Shown here: in pieces, positions 47,445 through 55,917 of the stretch
How positions within the stretch are numbered: position 1 is the first letter of the stretch
How the letters are laid out: every line of letters begins with the position of its first letter
From: a virus
Lineage: Duplodnaviria > Caudoviricetes
IMG/VR virus record: IMGVR_UViG_3300031867_000020
Location: 43,885 to 107,884 of that record
Strand: one strand, 5' to 3'
DNA length: 64,000 bases
Program-made: the position numbers and the translations under genes
The notes under the pieces: model-generated
Database searches by the model: none
Told to the model about the DNA's origin: nothing
What the model saw: only the letters and a program-made list of their open reading frames with translations

Positions 47445-47794
47445 AGTTCTTCCCTCCAGATCTGCCAGGAGTCTATGTGATGAACCAATACATATTGTTC
47501 AATCTGTTCTTTCTCAGAAGGCAGACTTTCCGTATGATCCATCAGATGGAGACCTTTGCGGTCGAGTTTTTTTATAAGATATTTGCCTCTCGGTGTGCAC
47601 TTTTCCTCATCGAAGTTCCAGTCACTGGTCCAGCTGCCATATAAGACAAGCTGTGTCCCCGGTGCGCTTTGCTTCAGATCATCCCTTAACTGTCCGACAA
47701 GGCTGTCCACAACACCGATAGAACCATCCGGCGCTCTGGCTTCCGTTTCCGGAAAATTCAGCCTGTCTTCCACCTTGAAAAACAGGACGTTCAT
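47441..47794 (-). CDS. Hypothetical protein
   Basis: Coupled by ATGA overlaps on both sides. Confidence 0.6.
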   Translation of the reverse strand: MNVLFFKVEDRLNFPETEARAPDGSIGVVDSLVGQLRDDLKQSAPGTQLVLYGSWTSDWNFDEEKCTPRGKYLIKKLDRKGLHLMDHTESLPSEKEQIEQYVLVHHIDSWQIWREEL

Positions 47795-48417
47795 GGAAGC
47801 ACCTCGCTAAGATGATCGAAGACTACATCGCATACCTTATGCTCAAGGCAATAGTCAGCATCCAGCGTCCAGTCATTATTGCGCTTCTTAATGATAACAG
47901 AGTGCGGTACTTCCGTCCGCTTCTCAATGAATTCCTTCATCTGCTTCAGATCGCGCTTGTAATTATCGGCGGCATCCATAACCTTTACGGCATCGCCTGC
48001 CATTTCCGCCTGTCCTTCATGGATAAGCACCTTTGCGTTGCGGCTCATGTAACGCATGTCGCCGGACATAAAGATCAGCGCGGCGGCGGAATGAGCAACG
48101 CCGATATTGATGGTATAGACAGGCGTATCAGAAGCCAGGATCGCATCAATCAGCATCCACATATAATACATATCACCACCGAAGGACATAACAAACAGCC
48201 TGATAGGCTTCCTTTTTTCGGGTGGAATGCCCGTGTCTTCCAAATTCCAGCGAACAATCAGCCTGTGAATAGTAGTGAGCGTAGGATCCACATCGTAGTC
48301 GAGATATATAATACGCTCCTTTTCAAGAGCATAATAACTGAGGAGATCCGGGTCAGGAAGGGTTGTATCCTGAAGACGCGCAACCAGTTCCTGCGCAGGA
48401 GGCATTAAAATTTCCAT
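47791..48417 (-). CDS. clpP: ClpP-family serine protease
   Basis: ERIIYL, SFGGD, AHSAAA (Ser), LIHEG (His), NDW (Asp region). Confidence 0.85.
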   Translation of the reverse strand: MEILMPPAQELVARLQDTTLPDPDLLSYYALEKERIIYLDYDVDPTLTTIHRLIVRWNLEDTGIPPEKRKPIRLFVMSFGGDMYYMWMLIDAILASDTPVYTINIGVAHSAAALIFMSGDMRYMSRNAKVLIHEGQAEMAGDAVKVMDAADNYKRDLKQMKEFIEKRTEVPHSVIIKKRNNDWTLDADYCLEHKVCDVVFDHLSEVLP

Positions 48418-48423
48418 AAAGCA

Positions 48424-49266
48424 TCACTCCTTGTCGAGTAAGTCTGCGAGTTTTGCCGTTTCGCTCCGAACGGACTCATCGAGATGAACATAAGAAAAGA
48501 GATGATGGCCTTTCAGCCTTGTGATCACAGCTTCAAGACCGTTGTCGGCTTCGAAAGCTTTGGCATCTATCTGCCTTGTGTCACCTTCGAGGATCAGAAT
48601 GGATCCTTCCGCGATACGGCCAAGCAGGAGCTGAACATGCTGTCTTGTTAAATGTTCTGCTTCCGTGCAAAAGACGACACTGTTCTTAAAGCTTCTGCCG
48701 CGAAGGAAACCAAGATGCTCAATTTCGATCTGGTTTCTTTCGATATAGGCTTCCATCTCTTCCATTCCGCCGAGGAAATCAATCAAAGGCCCTGCCCAAA
48801 CAGCCATTTTATCCATATAAGAACCCTTTAAGTAGCCGATCGGGTTGGAGTCTTTGACCTCGATGTTGTTACGAATCCATACCAGCTTGTCAAACCTTCC
48901 GTTCTTAATCATTTCAAAGGCCGCGACAAGGCCAAGAAAGGTTTTGCCGCTGCCGTACTGACCGGTGATAGTTTTCACCGTAGACAGCGGATCAAACAAA
49001 GCGTCCATCAGACATTTCTGCTGTACGTTTTTCGGCTTGATGATGCCATGAATGTCGCTGCGAACAGACTTGGCGTGAACGTTTATGCACTCGCCATTCT
49101 GCCATTTCATTACATCCTTGGGCTTGCCATCATCCGTGACGATCAGATACTGATTGTCCAGCAGGTTATACGGATTGGCTTTGGCATTCTGGTATATCTC
49201 CGGAAGCATCGGATCCATCGCCGGAATGGTCTTGTACCCCCGATAATTCCATTTCACGTTCTGCAT
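48424..49266 (-). CDS. phoH: PhoH-family ATPase
   Basis: GQYGSGKT, IGYLKG, FLRGRSF, EAEHLT, LEGD..QID, VRSETA. Confidence 0.9.
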   Translation of the reverse strand: MQNVKWNYRGYKTIPAMDPMLPEIYQNAKANPYNLLDNQYLIVTDDGKPKDVMKWQNGECINVHAKSVRSDIHGIIKPKNVQQKCLMDALFDPLSTVKTITGQYGSGKTFLGLVAAFEMIKNGRFDKLVWIRNNIEVKDSNPIGYLKGSYMDKMAVWAGPLIDFLGGMEEMEAYIERNQIEIEHLGFLRGRSFKNSVVFCTEAEHLTRQHVQLLLGRIAEGSILILEGDTRQIDAKAFEADNGLEAVITRLKGHHLFSYVHLDESVRSETAKLADLLDKE

Positions 49267-49519
49267 ATGCGTCAGCTCCTACTGCATTTGTTTTGCGTAT
49301 CCGTTCATTTTCATCTTTGGTGAAGATAGATGTCTCCCTCAGTTCGTTGGAGGCACCTACTTTAATGGCATGAAAATGATCGTATTTTTTGTCCTTGTAT
49401 ATAGTTTTGCAGTAATCGACAGCTATGCCGGCATTTCTCGCATAGATAAATATAGTCTCTTCGATCTGGTCCTGATGCCCCATTTCGAGACGATAGATAT
49501 AAGTCTTCTTAACTGCCAT
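49166..49519 (-). CDS. Hypothetical protein
   Basis: SD AAGGAG; 3' end overlaps phoH. Confidence 0.5.
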   Translation of the reverse strand: MAVKKTYIYRLEMGHQDQIEETIFIYARNAGIAVDYCKTIYKDKKYDHFHAIKVGASNELRETSIFTKDENERIRKTNAVGADAYAEREMELSGVQDHSGDGSDASGDIPECQSQSV

Positions 49520-50081
49520 GTACAACTCCTTTGATCTGCTTGTTCTGAATTAGCCACGCAAGCGCGACAGCAACAGCGTCCGACTCATCGTCGTTCTTGT
49601 ATTCAAGATCGCCAACGTAATCAGAAAGCGCTGCTGCGACCTGCTGCTTGTCTGCCCGACCGGAACCGGCTATAAGTTTTTTGATCGTGGATGGATAGAT
49701 TTCATACCAGTCATCATCCGTCCAGTCCCACACAAGCCAGTCCATCATGCCTATCACTTTGGACAAGTCCCTTTCGGATGGTATTTTCTGATGCATGATT
49801 GCCTTTTCACGAACAAAAAAGAAGTGCGAATCATTGCGAATAAAAGATTCAAAGCTGTTCATAATTTCATTTAACAGCTGACCATGTTTTTTTTTACGGT
49901 CATTCTTGTTATCCACACTCATCAGATCAACATGGTCAATAATAATCTGATCGTTCTTTTTTTTTATATACAGCTTTGAAAAACCGGGCCTTTTCAGCGA
50001 TAAGTCAGCGCCGACAACAACATATTCATCTGTAAAGCAAGGGCCTGTTTCGGGCTTTTTGTCCAGTGTTTTTCTTTTCAT
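49509..50081 (-). CDS. RuvC-like Holliday junction resolvase
   Basis: VGADLS (D), FVRE (E), YPSTIKK...KQQV, DESDAVAVA (DxxD). Confidence 0.8.
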   Translation of the reverse strand: MKRKTLDKKPETGPCFTDEYVVVGADLSLKRPGFSKLYIKKKNDQIIIDHVDLMSVDNKNDRKKKHGQLLNEIMNSFESFIRNDSHFFFVREKAIMHQKIPSERDLSKVIGMMDWLVWDWTDDDWYEIYPSTIKKLIAGSGRADKQQVAAALSDYVGDLEYKNDDESDAVAVALAWLIQNKQIKGVVHGS

Positions 50082-50090
50082 ATGAACACC

Positions 50091-50564
50091 TCACAAAAGA
50101 TCTTCCTTTGGCCAGAAAGATGAAGTAATGTCTGTCCAGTCACCATTAACTTTTTTGTACATTCTTTGATTTGTTGTTTCACTTGAAAGCGGGCCTTTTT
50201 GTTTGTCAAACCTTCCAATTTTGAGATAGTCAAGCTCTTCGAGAAGAGCCGGTATGATCTGATCCATGCGATCATAACCTGTGTACAAACAGGTTTTCTT
50301 TTTCTTTTCATGAACCATTTTGCACACCTTGATCAGTTCGCGCTGATCCTGATCTCCACCCATCATGCAAAAGCAAGTGATGTATGGGCTGTAAGTCTTC
50401 AGCATAATTGGAAGATGTTCAAGCAACGGCCTTCCTTCGTCTGCCCATGTGTATTTGGAATGGCAATCCGGACAACGGTGGATACAGCCTGCAATTGTTA
50501 CCGCAAGGGAAACCTCATCAGGCACTTCCTGCATGACAATCGCACCGCCTAAATAGTGAAGCAT
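50091..50564 (-). CDS. nrdG: Anaerobic ribonucleotide reductase activase (radical SAM)
   Basis: QEVPDEVSL...GCIHRCPDCHS (CxxxCxxC), YLKIGR, TTNQR. Confidence 0.92.
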   Translation of the reverse strand: MLHYLGGAIVMQEVPDEVSLAVTIAGCIHRCPDCHSKYTWADEGRPLLEHLPIMLKTYSPYITCFCMMGGDQDQRELIKVCKMVHEKKKKTCLYTGYDRMDQIIPALLEELDYLKIGRFDKQKGPLSSETTNQRMYKKVNGDWTDITSSFWPKEDLL

Positions 50565-51019
50565 CAGATCACCTCTGCGTAATAGCGTTCATGCTCTTCT
50601 TTCTGTCTGGCCTCGGAGAAAGAGGAGACGAGCTTCAAGTAACCGATGACTCTTGTCGCCCAGTCGAGATTTTCAGAACCACACTTGGGGCATTTCTTCA
50701 GCCGCATCTTTGAAATATGACCACAGTCTTTGCAAACCGTATTGGGGATATTAAAAGTGAAATACGGACAACCGGTTCTGATTGCAAGATCCATCAGGAA
50801 CTTATACTGCTCCTTTGTGAGATGCTCATTCAGATTCGCATGAAGCGCAGAACCGCCGTCAAGATATTGGGTGAATTGTTTTCCGTGAAGAATAAACTTA
50901 TCGATAATTGTTGTTTTGGGATCTTCAGAAAGATAGAAATAGCTATTGTAGCAGTCACGCGGGACAACGAAACCATCGCGCTTGTCCCACTTTGCATGCT
51001 TTACACCAAGATTTTCCGC
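50564..51019 (-). CDS. nrdD: Class III ribonucleotide reductase, exon 2
   Basis: AENLGVK..., LDGGSALH, CKDC..CPKC, and the RVIGY glycyl-radical motif. Confidence 0.92.
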   Translation of the reverse strand, partial: AENLGVKHAKWDKRDGFVVPRDCYNSYFYLSEDPKTTIIDKFILHGKQFTQYLDGGSALHANLNEHLTKEQYKFLMDLAIRTGCPYFTFNIPNTVCKDCGHISKMRLKKCPKCGSENLDWATRVIGYLKLVSSFSEARQKEEHERYYAEVI

Positions 51020-51882
51020 CACTCTGTTGCTTTTATGACCAGTTTGTTTTTATACTGCTCTGTTGTATTCTTTGTTGAATTCTTTCAAAAACGCTTCTTT
51101 AGCTTGAATTGCTTCATTTTTCGTTTCATATACCTTATCAAACACAAACTTATTATATCTATATATTTTAAGTCTCCATTTATTACTTTTTGTCAGGTAA
51201 ATACATTTTTCTTTAGATTTCTTTGTGTTTACCCTATTTTCTGATCTTGTAACTATGCGTAAATTGCTTTTTCTGTTATCGAGTGGATTAATATTGATAT
51301 GGTCAATATCTTTATTTCCGCAATATTCCAATATATATCTATGTAATGATATGTTTTTTTTGCCTATACTACAACAAACATATTTCAACTTATCTTTTAG
51401 ATGCCATTTATGCAATTTACATTTTTCAACATCATCAAGATCAATTAATGCCGAAGCGATATGTTTATTTTTTTTGTTTCTCAGTAAAATTTCTGCATAA
51501 TCCTCGTGAATAATATAATCATTTGGTGAATATATGCTTGTTTCTGAAAAATGTCCTTTCGTTCTGAATTGATGATGATGTTTACAACATAATGGTATGC
51601 CGTGTGTTTGAACTATATGGGTTTGGTCTTCTATTCTTCCGCAAATTAGACATTTCATTTAAATGCTCCTTTTCGAAAACAAACTGGCGGAAACGGTTCT
51701 TCTATGAATGTCTTTACATTCGACCGTCTCTCTGCATGTTGCCATGCAGTTCAGACTGTTGCATCACGCATTCGCGTGCCCGATCATTCAGTCGTTCAGG
51801 CTGCCATAACGCTTGCCCCTCGTTGTCCCATAGGGAGTTCCGAGTCAATTAGATCAGGTTTAACGTGTCCACTTAGATGGTT
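51020..51882 (-). mobile_element. Group I self-splicing intron in nrdD (863 nt)
   Basis: The 5' exon ends in U (GTGCCT) and the intron ends in G; splicing restores EFVP|AENLG. Visible pairings: P3 CCTGATC/GATCGGG, P7 GACTG/CAGTC, P8 CACGC/GCGTG, P9 CTGCATG-GCAA-CATGCAG. Confidence 0.9.
51050..51658 (-). CDS. Intron-encoded HNH homing endonuclease
   Basis: LHRYIL...DHIN.NPLDNRKSNLR.VT.SEN and an AP2-like C-terminus; very AT-rich. Confidence 0.9.
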   Translation of the reverse strand: MKCLICGRIEDQTHIVQTHGIPLCCKHHHQFRTKGHFSETSIYSPNDYIIHEDYAEILLRNKKNKHIASALIDLDDVEKCKLHKWHLKDKLKYVCCSIGKKNISLHRYILEYCGNKDIDHININPLDNRKSNLRIVTRSENRVNTKKSKEKCIYLTKSNKWRLKIYRYNKFVFDKVYETKNEAIQAKEAFLKEFNKEYNRAV

Positions 51883-53304
51883 AGGCACGAATTCGGTGTT
51901 AAACATAAGCTTTTCTGTTCGATCCCTTTTGTTTGCATTATAGATGGTTTTCAGAATATGATTCATAAAATACTTATAGTTATCTTCCACGGGGCCGATT
52001 TCACAGCCAAGGAATTCAGCGGCCTCAACGCCGCCGTTAATGCCGACCGTCAGATACTGTCTTTCAGGCGCAACAAACCCGGCGTCATACAGCGGCAGCA
52101 GTCCGGCCTTCTGCCTGTCTTCTATAATTGTGTTAAACGCTGTGAGATACTGATGAATACGAGTGACCTGACGATTAAGCTCTTCACAGATATGATTAAC
52201 AAGCTCCACAAAGTCTTCGCCCGGATGATCCCTCGCGACCAACTGAACAATGCGGTTCAGGTTCATGGTCATTACGCACTTGGATCCTGTGGAAACACCG
52301 CCTGCTCCAAGAGTATAGGAGAACTGGTTTTCCTGAATTTCGTTGCGGAGACGACAGCACGAAGCGAGGCTATCCACATTATCTGAATGATAAAGGAAGA
52401 AAGAATGACCTTTGCTCCACATTTCCGCAGCAAAATCAGCCCATTCCTCGTCAAGGAACTTGTCACCATCGTCAAGGAGGTTCAAAGTTTCGACAGGGAA
52501 GGTGAGGATATTCCGCCTTCTTTCATCGTTGAGCCAGTTCATAAACCGCTTTTGCAGCCATGAGACAGAGTCCCATGTCATCGGTTCACCGTCCGGGAAG
52601 ACAAAGTCTTCAAACATGCCTTCGAAATAATACTTGTCAAAATAGGCAATATTCCAGAAGATTGACTGATAGTTTCTTGCTCCGGCAGGCTGATTTAGAC
52701 AATAAACCACCTGCTCGAACGCATCCGTGATCGTCTTATCAATCGTCCGGTGGTTCTTGGAGAGATCAACAATTTCATCAGCGCGGAGATAATAGTCGTC
52801 ACCGTATTCCTTGCGGATAAAATAATCCATATAAGGAATAAATTCCGGGGTGGCGACAGCTCCGGCAAGCTGTGTTGCCGCCGCATAAGCAAGGTTTACA
52901 AAGGAGCCGAGAAAGCTTTTCAGATTATGCGGAGCCGTAGAGGAACCACCCATCTGTCTTAAGCCATGCAAAAGGAACGGATACATGGTGATCGAGGCAC
53001 AGTAAGGCTTACCGACAATGGCAGTCTCATCGTGCCTGTAGATCCTGTGCGTATCCAGATCCTGAATGTATTGATCCGCAAGCTCTCTGCTGAATAGTTT
53101 TTCGATGCGCTGCTGCATTGCAAGACGGTTGATGGCTATGGCTTCCTTCTTGTAGATCTCGCCTTCCAGCGTGGCGATAGACTTCTTTTCCACGTTGGCG
53201 TTGGAGTCTACTTCCGAACCAGTCGCTGCGTTGGAAGCATTGGAATACTTCTCAATAAAATCAAGATAGTGCTGCTTATCAGCATAGACATAAGGTTCAC
53301 TCAA
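51883..53304 (-). CDS. nrdD: Class III ribonucleotide reductase, exon 1
   Basis: YRHDE...PYC, LAGAVATP, LTFPVET, SCCRL, LTVGING; no ATP cone. The spliced product is ~625 aa. Confidence 0.92.
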
Positions 53305-53515
53305 ATTGACCTTCTCCTTTGCAGATTGATAGTATTTCCTTCAATCCGTATTGGCGGCCTGAGTCGGTCACTAAACACGGAGCAACCTTAATACCCAAAG
53401 AAATCGCCTGCTCAGGGTCGCAGACGATTTCATAGGTATACTTGGATTCAAACAATTTGTCTTGCGCTAATTCGCATTTGGGACAATGAGGAAGAGTGTA
53501 AAGCTTCATGTGCAA
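53297..53515 (-). CDS. Glutaredoxin/NrdH-like redoxin
   Basis: LYTLPHCPKC...GIKVAPCL (CxxC plus cis-Pro loop); overlaps the nrdD start. Confidence 0.8.
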   Translation of the reverse strand: MHMKLYTLPHCPKCELAQDKLFESKYTYEIVCDPEQAISLGIKVAPCLVTDSGRQYGLKEILSICKGEGQFE

Positions 53516-54180
53516 TCCTCCTGTGAAAGTATTTTATCGATTTCCTGAAGTTCGGAAATCATGGCTCGAAGGGTGCTGTGATCCAATTGGCCATGCACAA
53601 GAGAGATGGTGTCACCGCAGTCTTTTAATTCAACGGATCCGTCGCCGGTATTGATGTGATAGCAACATGCCTCACCTGTCATATCCAGAATTTTGATTTC
53701 CTTGCAAAGTGTAAGAACATTGCTTTTCTTTGGTTCAAGCTTCGTCTGAGGCACTTCCAGATGGAAGATAGCGTTTGCCTGTTCCGGAGTGATGTCTTCC
53801 GGCTTCAGGCGTGGCTGCGGCTTAAACGGAGCATGCCTTTCATACGCTGTGTAGTGGGGCTTTTCGTCTGTGTCTTGCCGTCTGGACATCATGAGCTTAA
53901 ACGTTTCGTCTTTCATCAGATTGTCCCAATACTCCTGTTCGTCTTTGAAAACAGGTTTCAACATCGCAGGTGTGATATCAAGAACACGAACACAGGTCTT
54001 CAGATTGCCGGGAGTCGGAAAGTTTACGCCGGTTTCCCAGTTAACGATAGAAGATATGCCGACGTTCAATGTTTTCCCAAGAGCTTCCTGAGAATAAGCA
54101 AACTTTTTCCTCTGCTGCCGAAGCAAATCGCCAAAGCGCTTCTTTGTTTCAGGTTTCCTGCTTAGTTTTTCAGCCATCAT
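53506..54180 (-). CDS. Cro/CI-type HTH transcriptional regulator
   Basis: LRQQRKK..YSQEALG..LNV..SSIVNWETG..FP. Confidence 0.8.
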   Translation of the reverse strand: MMAEKLSRKPETKKRFGDLLRQQRKKFAYSQEALGKTLNVGISSIVNWETGVNFPTPGNLKTCVRVLDITPAMLKPVFKDEQEYWDNLMKDETFKLMMSRRQDTDEKPHYTAYERHAPFKPQPRLKPEDITPEQANAIFHLEVPQTKLEPKKSNVLTLCKEIKILDMTGEACCYHINTGDGSVELKDCGDTISLVHGQLDHSTLRAMISELQEIDKILSQEDCT

Positions 54181-54421
54181 TCAGTCTCACTTTCTTGAAT
54201 TTATTCAACGTTTTCATAAAAGCAGCACATTCCAGATCGGATGTGATGTACTTTTTTCGATAATCAATAAACTCTCTGATGAATTCCACATTATTTCCGG
54301 CGTGCATGTAAATGTCAAACCTCTCTGCAAGCTTATGCCAGTCATCTTTTGTGGCATGCTTCCAGAGATCCTCGTAGTTACGGTTAAAAGTAATCAGGAA
54401 TTGTTTCCAGTCCACATTCAC
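54170..54421 (-). CDS. Hypothetical protein
   Basis: GTG start with SD AAGGAG. Confidence 0.55.
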   Translation of the reverse strand: MNVDWKQFLITFNRNYEDLWKHATKDDWHKLAERFDIYMHAGNNVEFIREFIDYRKKYITSDLECAAFMKTLNKFKKVRLNDG

Positions 54422-54430
54422 ACAAGCTCC

Positions 54431-54733
54431 TTATGCGTCGTCATAAACTATATGACCGTTTTGTTCGATCCAATTTCCGTCGCGAAGGATGAATCGCCAA
54501 TGAGTATCATCTTCGCCGTCATAGCAGACTTCGCCTTCGGTGATATACGGCAGCAAGCTGTCCAGTGTTTTGATGACATCATCTTCGTGATACTTGTCGC
54601 TCGTATAGAATTCGATACAATTATCGTTCTGAAACAATTCTCCATACAAATAATCCAACAGATCCATGACAACATCCGGATCCACATCAGGTTTGAGTGT
54701 CACTTCTCCGGAAGCAGTTGCGTAATAGCCCAT
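54431..54733 (-). CDS. Acidic hypothetical protein
   Basis: MGYY...GEV...GEDD.HWRF motif; likely start 54733. Confidence 0.6.
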   Translation of the reverse strand: MGYYATASGEVTLKPDVDPDVVMDLLDYLYGELFQNDNCIEFYTSDKYHEDDVIKTLDSLLPYITEGEVCYDGEDDTHWRFILRDGNWIEQNGHIVYDDA

Positions 54734-54735
54734 AT

Positions 54736-55044
54736 TCAATCTCCTTTCGCATGCGTCAGCCAGTCTCTGCTTGCGGCATAATGGATAGCATCGTGTATAA
54801 TAGACCAATCACCATCTGTACAATTATTAAGATCATCAAGATAATGAGTATTCATAACCTCGTTTACGTTATGATCACTTGGTTCAAACCCGTTGATCTG
54901 AAGACAGTCTTTTATGTCGTCGATACACCAGAGTTTTGCTGCCACAAAATCTGTCTCAACTACAATTTCTTCGTCTGAAAAATGAAGAAGTTTGCAATTG
55001 ATCTCATGGTACGAACCGTCTTTCAAAATAAGATTAAGAAGCAT
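54736..55044 (-). CDS. Acidic hypothetical protein
   Basis: SD AAGGAGGT precedes the ATG at 55044. Confidence 0.6.
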   Translation of the reverse strand: MLLNLILKDGSYHEINCKLLHFSDEEIVVETDFVAAKLWCIDDIKDCLQINGFEPSDHNVNEVMNTHYLDDLNNCTDGDWSIIHDAIHYAASRDWLTHAKGD

Positions 55045-55058
55045 TACAACCTCCTTGT

Positions 55059-55095
55059 AAAAAAATACGAGAGGGCTGTCATCGACAACCCTCTC
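55059..55095 (-). terminator. Terminator downstream of tRNA-Leu
   Basis: GAGAGGGTTGTC GAT GACAGCCCTCTC followed by a T-run. Confidence 0.7.
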
Positions 55096-55097
55096 AG

Positions 55098-55178
55098 TGC
55101 TGGTAGTGGGACTTGAACCCACACGCACAAGGCTGCAGATTTTAAGTCTGTTTCGTCTGCCAGTTCCGACATACCAGC
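55098..55178 (-). tRNA. tRNA-Leu (anticodon UAA), no encoded CCA
   Basis: GCTGGTA TG TCGGAACTGGCAGACGA A ACAGA CTTAAAA TCTGC [variable arm] GTGGG TTCAAGT CCCAC TACCAGC A. Confidence 0.9.
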
Positions 55179-55206
55179 ATACAGGGCCTAATGGCCCTGT
55201 GGTTGG

Positions 55207-55344
55207 TTACTCGGTGTAATACTCATCGAGTTCGTCGTCCAGCTCTCTTTCAGCGGCAGCAAGAGCGCTTGTCGCATCCTCGACCGCTGCCTTGTAAGCT
55301 TCGATGTCCTTGTAGAGCTGTGTGATCTTACTGGCTTGATCCAT
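55207..55344 (-). CDS. 45-aa acidic coiled-coil peptide (not in ORF track)
   Basis: SD AAGGAG; MDQASKITQLYKDIEAYKAAVEDATSALAAAERELDDELDEYYTE. Confidence 0.65.
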   Translation of the reverse strand: MDQASKITQLYKDIEAYKAAVEDATSALAAAERELDDELDEYYTE

Positions 55345-55347
55345 TGA

Positions 55348-55407
55348 TTAATCTCCTTCATCGACGGCGTTGTTGCCGTAATTATCATCTCCGTAGACAA
55401 CCAACAA
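55348..55407 (-). CDS. Possible 19-aa acidic micro-ORF
   Basis: Perfect SD AAGGAGGTGA, then TTG; MLVVYGDDNYGNNAVDEGD. Confidence 0.4.
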   Translation of the reverse strand: MLVVYGDDNYGNNAVDEGD

Positions 55408-55455
55408 GTATTTCACCTCCTTGCAGAATTTATGAAAACAGCTGGAGATACGCTG

Positions 55456-55881
55456 TCATTCATCAGGATCATAAACGAAGTCGTCGTCCTCGATCGCGTC
55501 GGCTTCGGCCTCCTCGATCTCGTCCTCGTCCTTTTCGTATACATCGTACACTTTATATTTGGATATGTTTCCCCTCGGTTCTCCTTTTGTGGCCGATCTT
55601 TCGATAGACCTCAGGATGACCCCGACAGACAGGGGCGAAGCGACGACGGCTCCGTTGTCCAGGATGACAACACTTTTTGCAGCCGCAAGGCTGCAGGCGT
55701 TGATCAGGGTTCCCGCTTTTTTCTCATTGGCTATTGCTTTTTTTGCCTGGTTGATCTCGGCAGACATGATCGCAACGATTCTTGTAGCGCAGATTGCCAC
55801 ATCGAAATTCTTTGCGCGACCGTCTGCCTGTTTTCTTTTGGTTGAGACCTTGATGAATTTTAATGGTAATGAATAACCCAC
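55456..55881 (-). CDS. RemA/DUF370-like protein with an acidic C-terminal tail
   Basis: Ungapped match by eye to the RemA core: ICATRIVAIMSAE...KKAI...AGTLINA...KSVVILDNGAVVAS. Confidence 0.72.
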   Translation of the reverse strand: MGYSLPLKFIKVSTKRKQADGRAKNFDVAICATRIVAIMSAEINQAKKAIANEKKAGTLINACSLAAAKSVVILDNGAVVASPLSVGVILRSIERSATKGEPRGNISKYKVYDVYEKDEDEIEEAEADAIEDDDFVYDPDE

Positions 55882-55917
55882 AGTCCAGTCCTCCTTGTTC
55901 AGCAGGACTCCCTTCTG

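Noticed and set aside
50564-53304. nrdD pseudogene or intein
   Set aside because: Group I intron boundaries and core pairings restore the frame exactly, and the insert contains stops and its own ORF.
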